Positions 35,692-41,445 of a stretch of 41,445 nt of DNA are shown piece after piece. The notes under the pieces were generated by a model that had not been told where the DNA came from, searched no databases, and worked only from the letters and a program-made list of their open reading frames with translations. Every line of letters begins with the position of its first letter. The stretch's first letter is position 1. Made by a program: the position numbers and the translations under genes. Origin of the DNA: a virus (Duplodnaviria > Caudoviricetes); IMG/VR virus record IMGVR_UViG_3300024232_000027, positions 1-41,445 of that record; one strand, 5' to 3'.

Positions 35692-35916
35692 TTATCCTGC
35701 TCCTTCAATCTCGCTATTAGGGTCATTAAAGACTACGGCCTTAATTGCCCACATAGCGGTTTGCTCGTTATTGGTGATGGCGATACTACGATGCCTAACA
35801 TCACCACACACTTCACGGATTAAACGTTCTCCTTCCGAGAAGTGTTGACGTAGCCTAGTAATCTTAGCCAATCCATCTGCACTAGGCTTATGATACGCAT
35901 AGGGCTTATCTATCAT
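35692..35916 (-). CDS. Acb2/Tad1-like helical hairpin protein (candidate immune-signal sponge)
   Basis: YAYHKP...ITRLR..F...RHRSIAITNNEQTAMWAIKAV pattern; AGGAG RBS. Confidence 0.65.
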   Translation of the reverse strand: MIDKPYAYHKPSADGLAKITRLRQHFSEGERLIREVCGDVRHRSIAITNNEQTAMWAIKAVVFNDPNSEIEGAG

Positions 35917-35924
35917 TTAGTCTC

Positions 35925-36347
35925 CTACGCTGGTGCTGATTCTGTTACCGCGGAAACTTCCTGCTTAGGCGCACGATACTTGTGATTAACACGATTGACT
36001 ACGCGACCTTGCCACGTATCATTTTCCACAAATACATCTAGCTCTTTTCCGATAGCATTGGCTAACTCGAATCTCTTACCTGCTTCAGCGGTTACACCGA
36101 AAGCGGCAAGAAAACCGATAGAGAAACCAATAGCCTTACTATTGAAATTCCAGTCGATTGGAACGCCTTGAAATGTTGTAGACCCAGTATCACCGTTGAA
36201 AAGAATAGTTCCTTCCACGGGATAGTTAGTGCTCTTGCCATCTTTAGAAAGAGCCTCACCAACATCATCAATACGCATCCTATACCATGCGGGGTCTACT
36301 GTTTTTCCACGAAGGATATCACGCTGACCATATTCGATTGTAGGCAT
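35925..36347 (-). CDS. Single-stranded DNA-binding protein (DUF669-like)
   Basis: VDPAWYRMRIDDV..SKDGKS, IGKELDVFV...WQGR..N.V; directly after the Sak4-like gene. Confidence 0.7.
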   Translation of the reverse strand: MPTIEYGQRDILRGKTVDPAWYRMRIDDVGEALSKDGKSTNYPVEGTILFNGDTGSTTFQGVPIDWNFNSKAIGFSIGFLAAFGVTAEAGKRFELANAIGKELDVFVENDTWQGRVVNRVNHKYRAPKQEVSAVTESAPA

Positions 36348-36350
36348 TGT

Positions 36351-37193
36351 TTACCATCCTGTTTTAGTTTCGATTGGTTCTACTTTTTCTGTTGTTGTTG
36401 GCTTGTCAGCTTTTAACCTGTTCATAGCAGGTAGAATATACCTACCATATAACGGTTCGTTACCAAAGACAATTTTCTTGTCTAGTGGCAGGCTTGTTCG
36501 CGCGAAGTCATCTCCTGTATGTTCTGTTAATAGCGCATATGACCCTCCTGCTCCTTCTACAAACCCCTTATCAATGTTGAAGTGATATACTTCTTCACAA
36601 TAAGCGGGTATCTTTGCTGCGACTTTCTTAGCCGCAGTCACAATTGAACGTGAGAAATGAGTCTCACCTGTAACACTTTTATATTCGACCTGAATGACGT
36701 GAGCAATTAGAATGACATGAACTTTGTGATACTGATGAATATCCTTCAGCATACTAATCATGTCTAGCAGGGCTGATGCTTCAGCATTAAAATCTTCTAA
36801 TTCATTAACTTCAATACCGGCAATCTGTTTACCTGCTGCCGCGCCACTACGTCTAGTCGTACCTGTTTTTAATCTTTTAGCCTGACCCATAATACTATCG
36901 CCGCATGATGTGATTGAATCTGCGATTATAGTTTTATATGGGCAACTAGTCTGAAGCTGCTTTAATTTCATTTCAGCTTTAGACCAATCTGAATAATCTT
37001 CGTATGATACTTGGTTAGGATTGATGCCGAAATTTTTCATGGGTAGAAGCATACTTTTCATCTTCTTGTCCCATGATAGCCAGAACTGTGGTTGCGGATA
37101 CGATAACGCGCATGTAGATTTTCTTGTTCCAGGCTCGCCTTTAAATAGGCTGAATAATGCGTCGATAGCGAATTCGTCTGTTAGTGTTGGCAC
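36351..37193 (-). CDS. Sak4-like AAA_24 ATPase (ssDNA annealing)
   Basis: GEPGTRKST Walker A, TIIADSIT Walker B, HVILIAH. Confidence 0.8.
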   Translation of the reverse strand: MPTLTDEFAIDALFSLFKGEPGTRKSTCALSYPQPQFWLSWDKKMKSMLLPMKNFGINPNQVSYEDYSDWSKAEMKLKQLQTSCPYKTIIADSITSCGDSIMGQAKRLKTGTTRRSGAAAGKQIAGIEVNELEDFNAEASALLDMISMLKDIHQYHKVHVILIAHVIQVEYKSVTGETHFSRSIVTAAKKVAAKIPAYCEEVYHFNIDKGFVEGAGGSYALLTEHTGDDFARTSLPLDKKIVFGNEPLYGRYILPAMNRLKADKPTTTEKVEPIETKTGW

Positions 37194-37261
37194 ATTATTT
37201 CCATTCTCTTATGCGTTGGTTAGTCATTTTAACATCAGTGATTTTAATTTCCTTCTCTTTT

Positions 37262-37456
37262 TTAGGTGGCTCCTCTAGGTCCGCTGTCTCTGAGTTTTCT
37301 GTCAATTTCTTTTTGCTTACGCTTCTGTATAGTTTTGAGTGCTTGAATAAGCTCCTTAAGTTCATCTGTTTGACCCTCTAAATCTTTGATATATTCATCT
37401 AAATGAGATTTAGGCCATTTCTCAGCTATCTTAAGAAACTGTTCCTTATATGCCAT
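37262..37456 (-). CDS. Small coiled-coil protein
   Basis: TAATG-coupled ORF. Confidence 0.6.
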   Translation of the reverse strand: MAYKEQFLKIAEKWPKSHLDEYIKDLEGQTDELKELIQALKTIQKRKQKEIDRKLRDSGPRGAT

Positions 37457-37671
37457 TACTTTGTTTTCTCCGCGTATATTCGCTCTAATACGGCCTCTTG
37501 ACGTTCTGATAACTGACCATGTGCATCTAACTGATTTTCAATATTATCCATGAAATCATTTTCCCAATCAGTTAGAGAATCAGATGCCTCATCTTTAATA
37601 GCATCTATCCATGATTGAAGAATTTCTCTTGGTCTAGGTGTCCAGGGTAATGCCATCTTAGTTTTCCTCAA
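37456..37671 (-). CDS. Small helical protein (start likely MALPW)
   Basis: LTDWENDFMDNI....LSERQEAVLERI. Confidence 0.7.
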   Translation of the reverse strand: MRKTKMALPWTPRPREILQSWIDAIKDEASDSLTDWENDFMDNIENQLDAHGQLSERQEAVLERIYAEKTK

Positions 37672-37876
37672 ATAGCAGACATTGAACTAATTCGCCTTGT
37701 CGTTCCTTTATTCTGTGATTGTATTTCATATACCAATCGCCATCAGCCATGCGAACAGCATCGATTACTCGCCAATTTTCAAATTTCATTGGACCGTAAT
37801 CAGAATGTCTTTTTTCAATGATTTCTGTATTACCAGCAATGTTTTGAAGATACAAAACTAGTTCTTTGACTGTCAT
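37658..37876 (-). CDS. Hypothetical protein
   Basis: MTVKELV..L start; ATGA overlap. Confidence 0.65.
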   Translation of the reverse strand: MTVKELVLYLQNIAGNTEIIEKRHSDYGPMKFENWRVIDAVRMADGDWYMKYNHRIKERQGELVQCLLFEEN

Positions 37877-38109
37877 GATTCTACTCTACTGACATTACGA
37901 GCGCGCGCACCTTTAGGTGTTTTAGATGGCGCGAATTCTACTTGAACTGGTTTACCTGAAAGATATTCAGATAACAAATCTTCCCATTCTACATCTATCA
38001 GGTCTGAGCGATGGAAGAAATATTGTGGACCTATATCACCAGCAATAAATCCATATAACTTTTCCTGATTGAGTGTCTTAATCACGCCGCGCATCGTATA
38101 TCGCCTCAC
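37873..38109 (-). CDS. Cold-shock domain protein
   Basis: GVIK.LNQEKLYGFI (RNP1), YFFHRSDL (RNP2), VEF..KGARARNV. Confidence 0.88.
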   Translation of the reverse strand: MRRYTMRGVIKTLNQEKLYGFIAGDIGPQYFFHRSDLIDVEWEDLLSEYLSGKPVQVEFAPSKTPKGARARNVSRVES

Positions 38110-38115
38110 TTTCTT

Positions 38116-38376
38116 TTATCTTATCGGTTCTTTGTAATAAAGGGCGTTGAGAATCTTATCTACATCTTTGTAGGCATCTACATAATGTAGCTTACCAAGA
38201 TGGTCAATAAAACCGAATTTATGTCCCCAATTCTGTAGAAAGATATCACCTGGTTTATATAGTTTTACTTCAGGCACAACTACCATAGGTTTTGGCACCC
38301 ATAATAGCTGCTCGAAATCGTATGTAGCTGCGACTGGCGTAGCTAATAGAATCTTAAGAAAGTCTCGCCTATCCAT
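38116..38376 (-). CDS. Small protein with a twin-arginine motif
   Basis: MDRRDFLKILLATPVAA. Confidence 0.65.
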   Translation of the reverse strand: MDRRDFLKILLATPVAATYDFEQLLWVPKPMVVVPEVKLYKPGDIFLQNWGHKFGFIDHLGKLHYVDAYKDVDKILNALYYKEPIR

Positions 38377-38469
38377 TTACCTACATGCCCATTGTACAAG
38401 GTAGATAATTAACAAAAGAATCGCTGCTATCATTACTCCGAACATTCGTTCTGAGTTTTTAGGAGTCAT
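38377..38469 (-). CDS. 30-aa single-TM peptide, absent from the ORF track
   Basis: MTPKNSERMFGVMIAAILLLIIYLVQWACR; its stop abuts the next ATG. Confidence 0.5.
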   Translation of the reverse strand: MTPKNSERMFGVMIAAILLLIIYLVQWACR

Positions 38470-38578
38470 ATGGAAGTTTTAATTGAATCCAAGTGAATAT
38501 ATGATGATATGGACAAAATGATATCTGCTGGTCCTCTAACCAAGCACATCCACAACTATCATAGATTACTCTTTTCAT
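38459..38578 (-). CDS. 39-aa Cys/His microprotein, absent from the ORF track
   Basis: MKRVIYDSCGCAW...FCPYHH...; TAATG overlap with the nuclease stop. Confidence 0.5.
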   Translation of the reverse strand: MKRVIYDSCGCAWLEDQQISFCPYHHIFTWIQLKLPYDS

Positions 38579-39435
38579 TAGTCTTTCTCATTAACAGGGT
38601 CCCATGCTGGACCTACTACGAATAGTCTACGAATTTCATCTTCTCTTAAATTAGGCGGAGCCTCGCATACTTCCTTGAACGCGCACAATCCATATTTATT
38701 CTCACAATGTGTAAAGTTCGGAGGCCAATAGCCTGACTCCGCGTAATATAACATAAATTTCGCATAGTATGGAATGATATCATTCTGCCATTCAAACAAT
38801 CTCTCAGCCGAATAGTCTACAGTCGGCCTAGTAAATTTCTCATGCGGCTTTAGACTTGTTTGAAATCCAATCTTATTGATAATAACTTTCTTAGTTCCAA
38901 GGATTACACATTGTCCCATGAACTGATTATTCAGACTGACCGTATCACGACGTTGTTTCATCGTTTTATGGTCCTCTGAGAATATACCTTGATTCGTATC
39001 AACAATACAGTCTATCTTAGCCTTCCACATGATACGAATTTCATCATCTTCATATATCACAGCAGACTTAACAACTTCAGATTCTAATGGAATCCAAAAA
39101 TCATTCTTCCAGTACTCAAAATACTGTTGCATTGTATCGAATACTAGATTGATATCGTCTGGTGATACGTTCTTAACTTCGGCGCTAGCGAATTCCTCGC
39201 CGGCATTTATAGCGACTGTAATAGCCTGACCGCGCGACTTACCACCTATCGATTCTTTATTGAACGTGTCTAGAATGACATGAACGATTAGTCCCATTTC
39301 AAGCGAACTGGACTTACCGTGTAATGACATGAAATTGTGATTGAATCTGAAGTCGGTTAAACGCGCACATGACATTAGTGTAGATGCTACGGTTGCGTCT
39401 AATATGACATTCTTTTTTTGTATTAATACTTCCAT
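38578..39435 (-). CDS. Cas4-like PD-(D/E)XK exonuclease
   Basis: MSCAR, G.IVH..L, KIDCIV..EDHKT, QFMGQ and C-terminal HC..YGLCAFKEVC (Fe-S ligands). Confidence 0.8.
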   Translation of the reverse strand: MEVLIQKKNVILDATVASTLMSCARLTDFRFNHNFMSLHGKSSSLEMGLIVHVILDTFNKESIGGKSRGQAITVAINAGEEFASAEVKNVSPDDINLVFDTMQQYFEYWKNDFWIPLESEVVKSAVIYEDDEIRIMWKAKIDCIVDTNQGIFSEDHKTMKQRRDTVSLNNQFMGQCVILGTKKVIINKIGFQTSLKPHEKFTRPTVDYSAERLFEWQNDIIPYYAKFMLYYAESGYWPPNFTHCENKYGLCAFKEVCEAPPNLREDEIRRLFVVGPAWDPVNEKD

Positions 39436-39480
39436 ATTTTATCTCTTTAATCGTCCGAATGCGTTGCCCTCTACTATATG

Positions 39481-39500
39481 AAAAAAAAGGCATTTGCCCT
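39481..39500 (-). terminator. Weak intrinsic terminator
   Basis: AGGGC-AAAT-GCC followed by eight T on the minus strand. Confidence 0.35.
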
Positions 39501-39512
39501 AATCGGCTAATA

Positions 39513-39866
39513 TTAGCTCTCTTTATCCACAATCCAGTGTGGAATACCTCTACCTGACCAACCTAGTAATCTTAGTAATCCCTTTCCACCTAATGCTCGA
39601 TATCCTCTATTCACATCTGATTCCATTTCCAGAATAGATTGAGGCAAATTATACTCCCATGACGCCGATACATGAATATCAGGCGCGCGAGGTATTAGAC
39701 AGTCATTGGAAATTAATAGTCTCATTCCAGATTCAAAATCAAACAGATATTCTCTATGTAATCCAGGTCTATCACCCATAGGGTCACTAATTTCCCAAAC
39801 CTTTTCTAAACACTTAGGAAATCTTGCCTTCAAATCTTCTAATGGTTCTGGTATGAATGGCATCAT
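39513..39866 (-). CDS. Hypothetical protein
   Basis: ORF in the tandem minus-strand array; IHVSAS motif. Confidence 0.65.
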   Translation of the reverse strand: MMPFIPEPLEDLKARFPKCLEKVWEISDPMGDRPGLHREYLFDFESGMRLLISNDCLIPRAPDIHVSASWEYNLPQSILEMESDVNRGYRALGGKGLLRLLGWSGRGIPHWIVDKES

Positions 39867-39880
39867 TGTAATCTCTTATA

Positions 39881-40066
39881 CTACGGCTTAGATGGTTTAA
39901 TCCTTTTCCAGCAATCATCACAAACTATTTTTCTATCTTCCCATTTAGAAGCAGGAAAATGTCGTTCGTATTCTTCTTTCGCCTGTTCTTCTGACCATGT
40001 TCCATCTAACACGAATGAAAATCTGTCATGACAAAGTGCGCATGTATAGGTTTTTGTATCAGTCAT
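39881..40066 (-). CDS. Small zinc-binding protein
   Basis: YTCALC...VCDDCW. Confidence 0.7.
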   Translation of the reverse strand: MTDTKTYTCALCHDRFSFVLDGTWSEEQAKEEYERHFPASKWEDRKIVCDDCWKRIKPSKP

Positions 40067-40250
40067 TTCTTTTCAACAAGGCTTCGAGAATAGATTCAAG
40101 TTCATCAGCCCATTTCATAATTTCAGGGTCAGCAGGTGCAGTATAACATCCATACTGCGCACCAAACACTTGTCCACGTTGTCTCATTCGTTTAATCAAA
40201 GTACGGAGTCTTTCTATTTCCATATCATTCATCCTCTGCACTTCGCTCAA
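40059..40250 (-). CDS. Hypothetical protein (start uncertain)
   Basis: ORF in the tandem array. Confidence 0.55.
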   Translation of the reverse strand: MSEVQRMNDMEIERLRTLIKRMRQRGQVFGAQYGCYTAPADPEIMKWADELESILEALLKRND

Positions 40251-40386
40251 TTAAACCTTGTGACTTTAATTCGTCTCTAATCTTTTCTGCGAGATTGTAA
40301 CTTTCAATTGCTTCTTCCAGTGCTGATACACGCGTTCTTAACTCGGCTAATGCTCGACGAATCTCTTGAAACTCTGAACCATTCAT
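40225..40386 (-). CDS. 53-aa coiled-coil microprotein, absent from the ORF track
   Basis: MNGSEFQEIRRALAELRTRVSALEEAIESYNLAEKIRDELKSQGLIERSAEDE; ATGA overlap. Confidence 0.55.
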   Translation of the reverse strand: MNGSEFQEIRRALAELRTRVSALEEAIESYNLAEKIRDELKSQGLIERSAEDE

Positions 40387-40562
40387 TTGTAATCTCTCCA
40401 ATCTTCACCATCAGCATATGGAAATGGAGTATACTTGTGACAATCATTACAGTAAACATTGATAATTAGAGATTCATCCCCATCTTTAAGAATTTCTTCA
40501 TCTAATTCAAGTTCAGTATTAGTTTTTCCACAGTATTCACAAACAACTTTCTTAGGCATCAT
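40383..40562 (-). CDS. Zinc-ribbon microprotein
   Basis: CEYCG...YCNDC; GAGGT RBS before MMPKK. Confidence 0.65.
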   Translation of the reverse strand: MMPKKVVCEYCGKTNTELELDEEILKDGDESLIINVYCNDCHKYTPFPYADGEDWRDYK

Positions 40563-40566
40563 TACC

Positions 40567-40746
40567 TCAAAATGGAATGATATTCTCTTTGTGAACCTCA
40601 TTACCACAGTGAATACATTTGTAGATTAATTCTTCCTTATCTGGCTCAATGACTTCAACTCGTTTAAAATCATTAGAGAAAATCCTTAGTCCACAATAGG
40701 GACATGAACCTATTAGCTTATTATCAGCTAACCATTCATCGGTCAT
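40567..40746 (-). CDS. 59-aa zinc-ribbon microprotein, absent from the ORF track
   Basis: MTDEWLADNKLIGSCPYCG...YKCIHCGNEVHKENIIPF; ATGA overlap. Confidence 0.65.
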   Translation of the reverse strand: MTDEWLADNKLIGSCPYCGLRIFSNDFKRVEVIEPDKEELIYKCIHCGNEVHKENIIPF

Positions 40747-40928
40747 TGTTTCTCATCAAGAATAGATGTAATTAATTTTTCTATATCAGCTTCGCATCGG
40801 TCCTTGTCAAATACCTGATTATACATTGGACCTGGAGGCCAATATAACCATTGACCACGACTAATTCTGTCAGAAATTAGAGTAACTATTGGCTTAACTA
40901 GATGTGCGGGAATTAGTTTTTTTGTCAT
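40743..40928 (-). CDS. Hypothetical protein
   Basis: ORF in the tandem array. Confidence 0.55.
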   Translation of the reverse strand: MTKKLIPAHLVKPIVTLISDRISRGQWLYWPPGPMYNQVFDKDRCEADIEKLITSILDEKQ

Positions 40929-41130
40929 GTTTTTTTCTATTCCTAGTAAAGAGAACTTTCCACATTAATGAAAATAATGATGCAGCTTCCCTATATTCTA
41001 AATATATTTCGCCTGCATTATCATGTAGTTTAATACAAAAACCTTTTCCATCATACTCAACGACGCCACCATAAAATCCATGTGATTTAATTGGCTTTGT
41101 AATAATAACACTGGATTTACTCATGACCAA
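40894..41130 (-). CDS. Hypothetical protein (start likely MSKSS at 41124)
   Basis: ATGA overlap with the upstream stop. Confidence 0.55.
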   Translation of the reverse strand: MVMSKSSVIITKPIKSHGFYGGVVEYDGKGFCIKLHDNAGEIYLEYREAASLFSLMWKVLFTRNRKKHDKKTNSRTSS

Positions 41131-41333
41131 TTCGTTTCTGCTATCAATCGTTCGGCCTCACGCCGCTCAGATAGCCAGCAATGTGGAACTAATCTCTTAG
41201 CCGTTAGTCCTAATACATATACCATCACATCACATTCTTCACTACAATGCGCGCGATGCCAATTGGCTGTATTGATTATATTGACTAATTCTTGATATGC
41301 TTCGCTAATGTTTCGAGGTGGCATCGTCATCAT
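41121..41333 (-). CDS. Hypothetical protein
   Basis: GGAG RBS; HRAHC...C motif. Confidence 0.55.
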   Translation of the reverse strand: MMTMPPRNISEAYQELVNIINTANWHRAHCSEECDVMVYVLGLTAKRLVPHCWLSERREAERLIAETNWS

Positions 41334-41445
41334 CTCCGAAATGATTGATTAGCATTTGTTTGGTCATATCTTTATCTAAACCATTCAGCGTACTGAGACA
41401 CATATCTATCATAGTGATTGATATGTATAACATCTCACCTATAGT
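41305..41445 (-). CDS. Partial CDS truncated by the window end
   Basis: Open frame from 41445 (TIGEMLYISITMIDMCL...) to TAG at 41305. Confidence 0.5.
   Translation of the reverse strand, partial: TIGEMLYISITMIDMCLSTLNGLDKDMTKQMLINHFGDDDDATSKH

Larger units (their letters stand above)
1..41445. mobile_element. Tailed dsDNA phage genome segment (podovirus-like), incomplete at the right edge
   Basis: TerL, portal, scaffold, capsid and tail genes on +; replication genes on -; dense TAATG/ATGA gene coupling; no host housekeeping genes seen. Confidence 0.95.

Noticed and set aside
38578-39435. Cas4-like gene as evidence of a CRISPR system
   Set aside because: No repeat-spacer array or other cas genes seen; it sits with the Sak4-like and SSB genes as a recombination module
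32004-39891. Plus-strand ORFs in the replication arm, including Ser-rich 35434-35670
   Set aside because: Antisense shadows; the Ser run is the reverse complement of the Asp/Glu codons
1-41445. Stop-codon recoding, prompted by frequent CTAG and short genes
   Set aside because: Long genes are intact in the standard code and TAA, TAG and TGA all end genes at sensible boundaries; no tRNA gene was recognised

Overview
The window is most of the genome of a tailed dsDNA bacteriophage, most likely podovirus-like: it has a large portal, scaffold, capsid, adaptor/nozzle-type tail and ejection proteins, with no tape measure, sheath or integrase seen. Plus strand: a small early block (325-1606) with a sigma70-type promoter and two terminators, then one long morphogenesis unit (2094-30576). 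Minus strand (30548-41445): a DUF3987-like helicase, a DUF1599-like protein, a family A DNA polymerase with an N-terminal UDG-like domain, an Acb2/Tad1-like protein, SSB, a Sak4-like ATPase, a cold-shock protein, a Cas4-like nuclease and many zinc-finger microproteins. The last gene runs off the right edge. The most unusual element is a ~5.8 kb cassette between the putative terS and terL. It couples Ser/Thr-rich virion-surface-like proteins to a Methyltransf_24-type methyltransferase and a glycosyltransferase fused to a radical SAM domain, a candidate virion glycosylation and sugar-tailoring system. Also notable: a polymerase with a degenerate UDG domain and a non-canonical O-helix (His at 762, Leu at 766), no GATC found by eye alongside a CGCG/CTAG excess, apparently split nozzle and fibre genes, and a YadA-anchor-like protein beside the holin. 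All family calls come from motif recognition by eye; no searches were run.
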